From contig JBEPVD010000015.1 of assembly GCA_041691155.1 (NCBI GenBank), forward strand, positions 76-64,075: DNA of 64,000 nucleotides, in the 5' to 3' direction. The notes under the pieces are model-generated. The model did no database searches and was not told where the DNA came from. It was given only the letters and a program-made list of their open reading frames with translations. Both the position numbers and the translations under genes were made by a program. How positions within the stretch are numbered: the first letter of the stretch is position 1; each line of letters opens with the position of its first letter. This document shows positions 1 through 8,281 of the stretch, piece after piece. Source of the DNA: Candidatus Dormiibacterota bacterium (GTDB lineage: Bacteria > Chloroflexota > Dormibacteria > Aeolococcales > Aeolococcaceae).

Positions 1-59
1 CGGCGGGCGGGGTCGGCTCCTGGACAGGCATCGATTGAGAATAGCCTGGCTCGGAACTC

Positions 60-1127
60 TCAAACCTCTATGGGCAGCCCCGAGTCCCAATCTCGACGCC
101 AGGCGGCGGCGTAGTACGAGGCGGCTCCCGCATGTCCGATATGGAGGGCCGCCTCCCAATTGCCGCCAAGGCCAGGCGTGCTCCAGTTCGCCGAGGAGAC
201 CAGCACCGCTCCGTCGGCGACCATCCCCTTGGCGTGGCCGGCAGTCGATCGGAGGGGATCCATGTGCCGCACGGCGAAGGGCAGCACCCCCAAGGCCGCG
301 GCGTCGCCCGCGTCCGGCGCCCCACCGAGGAGCAGTGCGCAGGCAACGCCTCGCGACGAGGCGGCGCTCATACGAGTGAGCAGGTCACGAACCGGGATGG
401 CCGAAGCCCGCGCATACGGCACGGTGACCAGGATCCGCAGGTGTGCCGTCGCGACCATTGCAGCGAGCGCCGCCCCGATGGCGCGTCCCCCAGTGATCAG
501 GTGCACACGGCGGGAAGCGACGCACCGGACGGCGGGAGCGACCTGCGGCATGGGGGTCCCCACGCTCGGGGCTGCAAGGTGTGGCGCAGCCGACCAGGCG
601 GTGGGAGGCACTGTCGCGGCGCTCCAGTGCGCGGCGAAGATCTCCGCGCCGGTGCGGGTGAGCCGCCGCGAACCCGCCGCTGTTGCCCACCATTCGCGCG
701 TCCCGGCGAGTGGTGGCGCAGCAGGAGGAAGCCGCAGACGCGGATCACGTGGCGCGTCGCGCCAGATGAGATTCCCGGTACCGACGGCGACGGTGTTGTC
801 GACCAGGATCAATTTGCCGTGGGCCGCATCAGCGCCCACACCGGCGACGCGGCACTCGCCGCCCGCCGCGATCACCGCACGCGACGTCGCGGCATTGCCG
901 TCGGAACGATGCGCATCCAGGACGACACGAACGCGCACGCCGCGCTCGACCGCACGAACCAGCGCCCAGCGATAGGACGGACCCACTTCGTAGATGGCCG
1001 CGTCAATGCTGTGGCGCGCGTCCCGCAGGAGACGCATGAGCACCGTTCCCGCCGCGTCAGGACCGAGCGCGCACGTCAGTACCGTCACGCCGCATGACGC
1101 TGGACGCCCGCGAACCGCACACGACAA
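60..1127 (-). CDS. phospholipase D-superfamily protein with two HKD motifs (phosphodiesterase/nuclease/cardiolipin-synthase-like)
   Basis: ORF 60..1127(-). Two HxKxxxxD motifs (HGKLILVD and HAKGMVAD) are separated by an Ala/Pro-rich linker. No obvious N-terminal TM helices. The first in-frame start is TTG at 1127; GTG at 1088 is an alternative. Confidence 0.75.
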   Translation of the reverse strand: MSCAVRGRPASCGVTVLTCALGPDAAGTVLMRLLRDARHSIDAAIYEVGPSYRWALVRAVERGVRVRVVLDAHRSDGNAATSRAVIAAGGECRVAGVGADAAHGKLILVDNTVAVGTGNLIWRDAPRDPRLRLPPAAPPLAGTREWWATAAGSRRLTRTGAEIFAAHWSAATVPPTAWSAAPHLAAPSVGTPMPQVAPAVRCVASRRVHLITGGRAIGAALAAMVATAHLRILVTVPYARASAIPVRDLLTRMSAASSRGVACALLLGGAPDAGDAAALGVLPFAVRHMDPLRSTAGHAKGMVADGAVLVSSANWSTPGLGGNWEAALHIGHAGAASYYAAAWRRDWDSGLPIEV

Positions 1128-1203
1128 CGCTACCTGCAGCGGACGCCGGTGACGCGTACGGTCTCAGGGCTCCGGACGCGTCGTCGGGTGTTCGCAAACG
1201 GAC

Positions 1204-1722
1204 TCAGACGGTGGCCGGACCTTGCTTCAGGTTGAGGGCTTTCAGCGCCTCCGCATGCTGCTTCACATGCGCAACAACATCGTCGAGCACGGTGTCCTGC
1301 GCCTGCAGATGTTGCTGCAGCTGCAGGCATTCGCTGAGGATCGCCTCGGCATCCTTGTAGGTCTGCTCCGAGCGCTTGTCAGACGCCTTGCCCTGAATGT
1401 TCTGCCCCACGATGATGATCGGGAGCAGGACCAACTGGATGAACGTCTGCGCGATCCACGCGATGATGACGATCAGTGATCCGCTCTTGATCGCCTCAGG
1501 AAGACTGATGAACGCGAGGAGGGTGAAGGCATACGCGCACCACATGGTTCCGACGACCGCAGTGATGATCAAGGCGACCTTGCCGTTGACACCGACGCTC
1601 TCGTCCTTGATCTTCACCGGCTTGTCGTGCTTCCGCTGCGCGATGCGCGGATGTTCGATGTGCTGGAACAGCTCCTCGACCTTGGGAATTGGAAGGGGCC
1701 TCTGCAATGGCTGATCGGTCAT
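1204..1722 (-). CDS. DUF1003-like small membrane protein
   Basis: 172-aa ORF with two central hydrophobic helices followed by VGQNIQGKASDKRSEQTYKDAEAI and a coiled C-terminus. This layout resembles the DUF1003 family. Third codon positions are GC-rich. Confidence 0.65.
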   Translation of the reverse strand: MTDQPLQRPLPIPKVEELFQHIEHPRIAQRKHDKPVKIKDESVGVNGKVALIITAVVGTMWCAYAFTLLAFISLPEAIKSGSLIVIIAWIAQTFIQLVLLPIIIVGQNIQGKASDKRSEQTYKDAEAILSECLQLQQHLQAQDTVLDDVVAHVKQHAEALKALNLKQGPATV

Positions 1723-1833
1723 CTACCGTCTCCTGACATTGGGCACTCGGAGGTGAGCGCCCGATTCGCGCGCAATCGTGCACGATGCGATCACGTTTGA
1801 GTGCGGCGCGGCGACTAGGTGCAACGCGCCTCC

Positions 1834-2559
1834 TTAGCCCCGACGGCGCAACATCGCCGGTGGTCGCGACCGGCGCAGGCTCCACGCCGGCTGTCGCTCG
1901 ACGAATTCGTACATGGCGGCGGGCCGTCCCGGACCACCTTTTGCAAACGTTCCGGTGGCGCGCACGAGCCCCGACTGCTCGAGCTCGCGCCGGAAATTCG
2001 AGGGCTCGTAGGTCACGCCGCTGATGGCCTCGAAGACGCCACGCGCTTGCGGCATGGTGAATTGCTCGGGGAGCAGTCCCACGGCGATGTTCGACCACCA
2101 CAGCTTGCCGCGGAGGCGCTCGACCGCGTCGTTGACGATGCGAGGGTGGTCGAAGCCCAGCGGGGGCGACGCATCGACCGGCTCCCACCTGGCGCCGGTC
2201 CCTTCGGGCCTCAGCACCGCCGCGTCGATCAACGCGAGGTATGCAACGGTCGGAATCCAGCCGCGCGGATCGCGGTCGGGATCGCCATAGGTCTCAAGTT
2301 GCTCGAGATAGACCGCACCGACGCCTGTCTTCTCGGTGAGTTTCCGCTGGGCGGTCTCCTCCGGACGCTCGCTCGGGCTCATGAAGCCGCCCGGAAGCAC
2401 CCACTTCCCGGCAAACGGCGCCTCCGCACGCTGCACGAGCAACACATGGAGCCGGCCGGAAAGTGGCGCGAGCACGACGGGGACCGCATACACGCCTGCC
2501 GGGGCCGGGAACCCGGCCGAGTTGACGGCAGTCCAGTTGGCGTCGTCTGTCGGGGCCAT
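1834..2559 (-). CDS. NrtR-like transcriptional regulator (degenerate Nudix domain plus C-terminal winged helix)
   Basis: This is the C-terminal 242 codons of ORF 1834..3537(-), starting at ATG 2559 (MAPTDDANW). The Nudix box is degenerate (GGFMSPSERPEETAQRKLTEKTGV, RKLTEK in place of RExxEE). The C-terminus (LLPEQFTMPQARGVFEAISG..NFRRELEQSGLV..GRPAAMYEF) matches the NrtR wHTH pattern. Confidence 0.8.
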   Translation of the reverse strand: MAPTDDANWTAVNSAGFPAPAGVYAVPVVLAPLSGRLHVLLVQRAEAPFAGKWVLPGGFMSPSERPEETAQRKLTEKTGVGAVYLEQLETYGDPDRDPRGWIPTVAYLALIDAAVLRPEGTGARWEPVDASPPLGFDHPRIVNDAVERLRGKLWWSNIAVGLLPEQFTMPQARGVFEAISGVTYEPSNFRRELEQSGLVRATGTFAKGGPGRPAAMYEFVERQPAWSLRRSRPPAMLRRRG

Positions 2560-2595
2560 CGCGATCGATTGTGGCGACGCGCTAGGCTGCGTGCG

Positions 2596-3423
2596 ATGGA
2601 GAGCGGGAACATCACCACCGCCCTGGGCTTCCAAGCCGCCTACGCGGAGGTCTTTTCGAACGTCGAAGCCCTGGCGGCAGCACTGGACGAGCGGCGCGGG
2701 ATGCTCCCGACGGGGTGCGCGGGCTGGACCGTCCGCGACCACGTCGCCCACATCGTCGACCTGGAGAGCGTGCTGCTCGGCCGGCCTCGCGCCGACCACA
2801 CGGTGCCCGAGGGCCTTCCGTACATCCGCAACAAGCCCGGCGAGTTCATGGAGATCGGCGTCGATGCCCGCCGCGCCATGCCCCTCCCGGATCTGCTCGC
2901 GGAATACCGGGAAGTCACCGCCGAGCGCCTGGCACGTCTCGCGACGCTGGAGGATTCGCAGCTCGACGAGATGGGACCGGGCTTCTTCGGCACTCGCAAA
3001 CGCGGCTCCTTCCTCGCCATCCGTGTCTTCGATATCTGGGCGCACGAGCAGGACATGCGCCGCGCCCTCAGCGAACCCGGTGGACTCGACGGAGTCGCCG
3101 CGCCGCACGGCCGCGAGCGGATGTTGATGGGTGCCGGCAGCGAGATCCAGGAGCGCATGGCGCCTGCTGCGGGCACCGTCGTCGTTTTCAAGGTCACCGG
3201 GCCAGGCGGCGCTCTGCGGTCGATCACGTTCGACGGAGAGCGCGGGCGCTCGGGCGTGGACGTGCCCGAGGCTGCGACGACCACCCTGCGCCTGGACCTG
3301 CCCACCTTGACCGTGCTCGCCTGCGGTCGCTCTGACGATCCCGCTGCGCGCTCGCGGGTTGTCGTCGAAGGTGACCAGAACTTCGGACATCGGGTCCTCG
3401 AGGACCTCGCAGTCACGCCGTGA
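2596..3423 (+). CDS. maleylpyruvate-isomerase-family mycothiol-dependent enzyme (DinB fold, MDMPI_N)
   Basis: ATG at 2596 inside ORF 1819..3423(+). The N-terminal WTVRDHVAHIVDLE motif is typical of the MDMPI/DinB family. The upstream part of the long ORF is antisense to the Nudix gene. Confidence 0.8.
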   Translation: MESGNITTALGFQAAYAEVFSNVEALAAALDERRGMLPTGCAGWTVRDHVAHIVDLESVLLGRPRADHTVPEGLPYIRNKPGEFMEIGVDARRAMPLPDLLAEYREVTAERLARLATLEDSQLDEMGPGFFGTRKRGSFLAIRVFDIWAHEQDMRRALSEPGGLDGVAAPHGRERMLMGAGSEIQERMAPAAGTVVVFKVTGPGGALRSITFDGERGRSGVDVPEAATTTLRLDLPTLTVLACGRSDDPAARSRVVVEGDQNFGHRVLEDLAVTP

Positions 3424-3929
3424 ACAGGGCGCTCGCTGCCGCGCTGGCAACGTCGACGCTGATGCTCGCGGGCTGTGGACTCCAGCAGGATCTGTCGAAG
3501 GTGCCGTTCGGTACCGGGCCGGTTGGGCCTGCCCCACCGATCACCGCGCCGACACTGGAGGGAACGCAGTTCGACTGGTCAGCCACCCGTGGCCATGTGC
3601 TCGTCGTCGATTTCTGGGGCTCCTGGTGTGGGCCCTGCCGTGACGAGCAACCGGACTTGAACAAGCTGGTGACCGACTACGCAACGAAAGGGGTCGTGTT
3701 TGTGGGCGTGGACATGAAAGACAACAATCCGGCCGGAATTGCATACGAGCGCAACCTCACCGTCGCATATCCGAGCGTCAACGACTCGAGTGAAGTCATT
3801 GCGTCGGAGTACAACGTGATCGATCCACCGACGGTGATCATCGTGGACGCGAAAGGCAACATCGTGGATCGGTTTCTCGGCACACTATCTGGCGTGAGCG
3901 CAGACCTCAACCGCCTGCTGCCCTCATGA
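3420..3929 (+). CDS. TlpA/ResA-family thiol-disulfide oxidoreductase lipoprotein
   Basis: The GTG start overlaps the upstream stop (GTGA). Lipobox LMLAGCG. Thioredoxin-fold active site WCGPC. Confidence 0.9.
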   Translation: MNRALAAALATSTLMLAGCGLQQDLSKVPFGTGPVGPAPPITAPTLEGTQFDWSATRGHVLVVDFWGSWCGPCRDEQPDLNKLVTDYATKGVVFVGVDMKDNNPAGIAYERNLTVAYPSVNDSSEVIASEYNVIDPPTVIIVDAKGNIVDRFLGTLSGVSADLNRLLPS

Positions 3930-5140
3930 CCCAGATCACCGTCTACGGGGCGCCCTGGTGCCCGGACTGCAAGCGCGCCAAGAAGTTCCTCGGCGAGCAG
4001 CGGGTCACGTTCGACTGGGTCGACATCGACCAGGACGCCGCGGGCCTCCAGCACGTGGAGGAGTTGCAGAAGGGTGGCCGCACCATCCCGACGATCGTCT
4101 TCGACGGGACCGAGGTGCTCATCGACCCTACCAACGAGGATCTCGCGCGCAAGCTCGGCCTGACGCTCGAGGCCAAGCGTGGCTGCTACGACCTCGCGAT
4201 CATCGGCGGTGGGCCCGCGGGGCTGGCAGCTGCCATCTATGCGGCGCGTGAGGGCATCGACGCCGTCGTTGTCGAGCGCAGCGGACTCGGGGGACAGGCG
4301 GGCGTCACCGAGCGAATCGACAACTACCCGGGCTTTCCCGACGGCGTCGGCGGCGCCGACCTGGCGGAGCGCTTCATCGCCCAGGCGCGGCGGTACGAGG
4401 TCGAACTGCTCAGCGCCGTGAGTGTCGAGAGCATCTCGACCGCAGGGTCGGAGCAGGGTGACGTGTGCCTGAGGTTGGCGAGCGGCCAGGAGATCGAGAC
4501 CCACGCGGCGCTCATCGCGACCGGCTCGTCGTACCGTCGCCTCGGCGTCCCCGGCGAGGACGACCTCATCGGCGCGGGTGTGCATTTCTGTGCCACCTGC
4601 GACGGTCCCTTCTACCGCGGCTCCGAGGAGCTTCTTGTCATCGGTGGCGGTAACTCGGCGCTCGAGGAAGGGCTCTTCCTGCTGAAGTTCGCCGAGCGTA
4701 TCCGCATCGTGCAGCGCGACCCGGAGCTGACCGCATCGCGGTTGTTGCAGGACAAGATCAATCACGACCCGCGTTTCGTCGTCCACTGCAACACCGAGGT
4801 CGTCGAGCTCACCGGCAAGGGCAAGCTCGAATCCGTTCGGATTCGCGACCGCGCCACCGGTGCAGAGGAGGTCATCACTCCGAAGGCCGCCTTCGTGTTC
4901 ATCGGCCAAGACCCCAACACGGCTTTCCTTCGCGGCAGTGTCGATCTCGACGCCCGCGGCTTTGTCGACGACAAGGGCGGTTTCAAGACCTCGATCCCCG
5001 GTGTCTTCGCCGCCGGCGACGTCCGGCGCGGCTCCACGAAGCAGCTCGGATCAGCGGTTGGCGATGGCATCGCGGCGCTGATCGCCATCCGCGAGTACCT
5101 CCAGGAACACCACGAGGTCGCCCCGCACCCCGAGGATTGA
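3926..5140 (+). CDS. trxB: glutaredoxin-like domain fused to thioredoxin-disulfide reductase
   Basis: ATGA overlap with the TlpA gene. The N-terminal ~80 aa are a Grx/NrdH-like fold with a CPDC site. They are followed by TrxR motifs GGGPAG (FAD), CATCDG (redox disulfide), GGGNSA (NADPH) and GDV. Confidence 0.9.
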   Translation: MTQITVYGAPWCPDCKRAKKFLGEQRVTFDWVDIDQDAAGLQHVEELQKGGRTIPTIVFDGTEVLIDPTNEDLARKLGLTLEAKRGCYDLAIIGGGPAGLAAAIYAAREGIDAVVVERSGLGGQAGVTERIDNYPGFPDGVGGADLAERFIAQARRYEVELLSAVSVESISTAGSEQGDVCLRLASGQEIETHAALIATGSSYRRLGVPGEDDLIGAGVHFCATCDGPFYRGSEELLVIGGGNSALEEGLFLLKFAERIRIVQRDPELTASRLLQDKINHDPRFVVHCNTEVVELTGKGKLESVRIRDRATGAEEVITPKAAFVFIGQDPNTAFLRGSVDLDARGFVDDKGGFKTSIPGVFAAGDVRRGSTKQLGSAVGDGIAALIAIREYLQEHHEVAPHPED

Positions 5141-5178
5141 GCCAGGGCTGTGCGTAGTGCTATAGTGCGGCACGCAAT

Positions 5179-5892
5179 ATGGAAATCCGCACGCAACCCA
5201 AGGATATGGTGGCGCTCACGACCCTCGGCCTGCTCAGTGAGCAGCCATGCCACCCGTACGAGATCCAGCGCCTGCTCCGAGAGCGGCACAAGTCGTACGC
5301 GGTCGGCAAGACCCGGACGCTGTACCGCGCCATCGAGGAGCTGGAGGCGGCGGGATTCATCGAGCCGCTCGAGACCAGCCGCGACGGCCGCCGGCCTGAG
5401 CGCACCGTCTACCGCATCACCGCGGAGGGCTGCGAGGAACTCGAGAACTGGCTGGGAGACCTGCTCGCCACCCCGGTGCACGAGGTGCCCGTGTTCAGCG
5501 TCGCGGTGGGACTGCTCGGGTACATCAGCCAGGACCGGGCGGAAGCAGCGCTCGCCAGCCGGCTGGTGGCACTGCAGGCACACAACCTCAGCCTCGATGC
5601 GACCTTGCGTCTCGCCCAGGACGACCTGGGGCTGCCCCGCCTGGTGCTCCTCGAGCTCGAGCATGCCATCGCGCTCGGAACTGCCGAACTGTCCTGGGTA
5701 CGCTCGTTGATCGCCGACATGCAGTCGGGCGCGCTCGTCTGGAACGAAGAGCTCATCCGTGCCCATTTCGAGGCAATGCATGCCGCGGACGCCGAGCGCC
5801 GGAATCGCCACAAAGAGACCCATTTCGCGAAGCTTTTGCACACCGAGGAGCCGGGCGCGCATTCAGCCGGTGCACGGGAGGAGACGCAATGA
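5179..5892 (+). CDS. PadR-family transcriptional regulator
   Basis: N-terminal wHTH (LLSEQPCHPYEIQRLL..RTLYRAIEELEAAGFIE..RTVYRITAEG) plus a long C-terminal dimerisation region. Its stop overlaps the next start (ATGA). Confidence 0.9.
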   Translation: MEIRTQPKDMVALTTLGLLSEQPCHPYEIQRLLRERHKSYAVGKTRTLYRAIEELEAAGFIEPLETSRDGRRPERTVYRITAEGCEELENWLGDLLATPVHEVPVFSVAVGLLGYISQDRAEAALASRLVALQAHNLSLDATLRLAQDDLGLPRLVLLELEHAIALGTAELSWVRSLIADMQSGALVWNEELIRAHFEAMHAADAERRNRHKETHFAKLLHTEEPGAHSAGAREETQ

Positions 5893-6833
5893 TCGAGACA
5901 CACAATCTGCGACGAACATTCAAGAGCCGCAAGGGGCCTGTGGAGGCGGTCGCCGGGGTGGATCTGGATGTCAAGAAGGGTGAGATCTTCGGCTTCCTCG
6001 GCCCCAACGGCGCCGGCAAGACGACCACGCTCCGGATGCTCTCGACATTGCTCCCACCCACCAGCGGCGAGGCGACGGTCGCCGGCTTCGACCTCCGACG
6101 TGACGCCGCCAAGGTGCGCTACCAGATCGGATACGTGAGCCAGGCAGGCAGCAGCGCCCCGGAGGTACCAGGGAGAACCGAACTGGTGATTCAGGGTCGC
6201 CTCTATGGCATGACCAAGGCGCGAGCGCAGGCGCGCGCTCAGGAGCTCATCGCCTCGCTCGAGCTCGAGGATTGTGCGGACCGGCAGACCAAGACCTACT
6301 CAGGTGGCCAGAAGCGCCGGCTCGACATCGGCGTCGGGTTGATGCACCTGCCTCAACTGCTATTCCTCGACGAGCCCACCACGGGACTCGATCCACAAAG
6401 CCGCGCGCGCATGTGGGACGAGGTGCGCCGGCTGCGCGACACGGGCACGACGGTGTTCCTGACGACGCACTACCTCGAGGAGGCGGACGCTCTCTCCGAC
6501 CGCATCGCGATCATCGACCGCGGCAAGATCGTGGCGCTGGGTACGCCTGACGAGCTGAAGCGGCAGGTCGCGGGCGACGTGGTCGTGGTGGGCACCGACA
6601 ACGCGAGCGATCGCGTGCTCGAGTTGCTGAAGGGACAGCCGTTCGTGCGCGAGGCAACCAGCGGCGACGGCGTGGTGCGCCTCTACGTCGATCGCGGCGA
6701 GACCGCGATGCCGCAGATCATTCGGTCGCTCGACGCCGCTGGCATTCCACTCGCATCCCTGTCACTCAACCGACCCAGTCTCGACGACGTGTTCCTGCGT
6801 CAGACCGGACGATCGCTCCGCGAAGCGGCTTAG
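5889..6833 (+). CDS. ABC transporter ATP-binding protein (DrrA-like)
   Basis: Walker A GPNGAGKTT, signature YSGGQKRRL, Walker B LLFLDEPT, H-loop and a C-terminal DrrA-type domain. Confidence 0.95.
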   Translation: MIETHNLRRTFKSRKGPVEAVAGVDLDVKKGEIFGFLGPNGAGKTTTLRMLSTLLPPTSGEATVAGFDLRRDAAKVRYQIGYVSQAGSSAPEVPGRTELVIQGRLYGMTKARAQARAQELIASLELEDCADRQTKTYSGGQKRRLDIGVGLMHLPQLLFLDEPTTGLDPQSRARMWDEVRRLRDTGTTVFLTTHYLEEADALSDRIAIIDRGKIVALGTPDELKRQVAGDVVVVGTDNASDRVLELLKGQPFVREATSGDGVVRLYVDRGETAMPQIIRSLDAAGIPLASLSLNRPSLDDVFLRQTGRSLREAA

Positions 6834-6845
6834 GAGGGCTACCAC

Positions 6846-7607
6846 ATGAAATTGCTGAAAGACACCTGGCTGATGTTCCAGCGCTATCTCTTTGTGTTTC
6901 TTCGCAACCCGGCGTGGGTCGCGATCGGCGTCATTCAGCCGTTGCTGTACCTGGTGCTCTTCGCACCGCTCTTGAAGTCGCTCGTCAACGTGCAGGGCTT
7001 CCCTGCAGGCGGCGCGTACAACGTATTTGTGCCAGGGTTGCTCATCCAGCTCGGCCTTTTCGGCGCGAGTGGCGTCGGTTTCGGACTCATCGCGGAGTTG
7101 CGCGCCGGTGTCATCGAGCGGTTCCGCGTGACGCCGGTCAGCCGGTTCGCGCTGCTCCTCGGCCGTGCATTGCGCGACATCCTCACGCTGGTCGTGCAGT
7201 CGTTGATCCTGCTGCTGCTCGCGATTCCGTTCGGACTGAAGCCGACGTTCATCGGTGTGGTGATCATGCTCGGACTGGTCGCGTTGATCGGTCTCGGTAT
7301 GTCGTCACTGGCGTACGCTGCCGCCCTCGCGCTGAAGAGCGAGGACTCCTACGCTCCACTCATCTTCACGCTGTCGCTACCGCTCCTGCTCCTGAGCGGT
7401 GTGCTGTTGCCGTTGAACCTCGCACCGCAATGGTTGCAGGACATCGGGAAGGCAAATCCGCTCTCCTACGCCGTCAACGCCGCGCGCGATCTCTTCAACG
7501 GCAAGGGTGCCGACTCAGCGGTCTTCGAAGGGCTTGCCATCATGGCTGTGCTGGCTGTGGTGGGGGTCGTGATCGGCGCGCGCCGGTTCAGCCGGGCGAT
7601 CGCCTGA
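6846..7607 (+). CDS. ABC-2 type transporter permease (DrrB-like)
   Basis: 253-aa, six-helix hydrophobic protein directly after the ATPase. An AGGAGGG Shine-Dalgarno sits upstream of the ATG. Confidence 0.9.
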   Translation: MKLLKDTWLMFQRYLFVFLRNPAWVAIGVIQPLLYLVLFAPLLKSLVNVQGFPAGGAYNVFVPGLLIQLGLFGASGVGFGLIAELRAGVIERFRVTPVSRFALLLGRALRDILTLVVQSLILLLLAIPFGLKPTFIGVVIMLGLVALIGLGMSSLAYAAALALKSEDSYAPLIFTLSLPLLLLSGVLLPLNLAPQWLQDIGKANPLSYAVNAARDLFNGKGADSAVFEGLAIMAVLAVVGVVIGARRFSRAIA

Positions 7608-7616
7608 GCCGCGCCC

Positions 7617-8006
7617 TCAGCTCTTGAGAGCGGGAGCGTTCTCAAAGCAGGAGCGGACCACCGCGCCAAGGCCTGGGAGACTGAAAGGCTTGGTGATCAG
7701 GTGGTTCGCTCCGGCGAGCCGGGCGCGCTCCACATCTGCGTCTGCCGAAAGCGAGGTGAACACGAGCACCGGCATCGAATGCGTCTCCGGCTTTGCGCGG
7801 ATGCTTCTGCAGACCTCGATACCGTCAACCCCCGGCATCATGACGTCGAGAATCGCCAGATCGAACTGCTCCGTCTCGAGCACGGACAGCGCTTCGGTGC
7901 CGTCCTGTACCTCTCTGACTTCGAATCCTTCCATGCTGAGATACAGCCCGACGACGTGCAGCAGGCGCGGTTCGTCGTCAGCGAGAAGGATGCGCTGCTG
8001 GGTCAA
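7617..8006 (-). CDS. stand-alone CheY-like response regulator receiver protein
   Basis: Receiver motifs ILLADDEP, DLAILDVMMPGVDG and ITKPF. I favour the TTG start at 8006, which gives MTQQRILLADDE and has GGAGG 9 nt upstream. The longer ATG options (8162, 8240) add sequence whose third-position GC is visibly lower than in real genes here. Confidence 0.75.
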   Translation of the reverse strand: MTQQRILLADDEPRLLHVVGLYLSMEGFEVREVQDGTEALSVLETEQFDLAILDVMMPGVDGIEVCRSIRAKPETHSMPVLVFTSLSADADVERARLAGANHLITKPFSLPGLGAVVRSCFENAPALKS

Positions 8007-8062
8007 CGGATGCGGCCTCCAGGGCGCGTGGACAGGTGCGTCACGCCAGTATCGAGCGGGAG

Positions 8063-8079
8063 GCCCAATCGAATTGGGC
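8063..8079. repeat. 17-bp inverted repeat gcccaat-cga-attgggc in the response-regulator/MFS intergenic region
   Basis: Read directly: 7-bp perfect arms and a 3-nt centre. It lies in the ~275-bp divergent region 8007..8281. Confidence 0.3.
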
Positions 8080-8281
8080 GACCATCGTTCCGTCACCGGG
8101 TGGCGACATGTGGCCAGGGTTTGGGCGGCCCTGGAGCCGACTGTGCCGGATGATGTGGCCATGGTGGTCCTTCCGGCGTCCCGTGAACGAGGAATGACCA
8201 TCAGTGGGTGATCCCGAAGCGCCTCGCCGGGGAGCTGCAAGGATCCTCACCGAACCCCGGCGCCCGGCATGGATCCGCGAT

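Noticed and set aside
1204-1722. Visibly lower GC in the DUF1003 gene (about 57 percent in a 60-nt stretch I counted), which could indicate horizontal acquisition.
   Set aside because: Third codon positions remain strongly GC-biased. The lower GC follows from an Ile/Lys/Gln-rich membrane and coiled-coil protein, not from foreign codon usage.
1819-3537. Two very long overlapping ORFs on opposite strands (534 aa plus-strand, 567 aa minus-strand).
   Set aside because: Only part of each carries recognisable domains: 2596..3423(+) is MDMPI and 1834..2559(-) is NrtR-like. The rest of each ORF is the antisense shadow of the other gene, as is typical of high-GC DNA.
3677-4909. 410-aa minus-strand ORF. 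Similar long ORFs occur at 4762..5862(-), 8390..10153(-), 9774..10901(+), 10633..11688(+), 15441..16844(+), 17468..18526(-), 19109..20395(-), 30002..31210(-), 31057..31959(-), 44777..45808(-), 51858..53249(+), 56154..57203(+), 57881..58960(+), 58311..59342(-), 58867..59889(+) and 62660..63871(-).
   Set aside because: All lie antisense to or out of frame with genes that have strong family motifs. Their translations are Arg/Ala/Gly/Pro-rich low-complexity strings with no recognisable domains.
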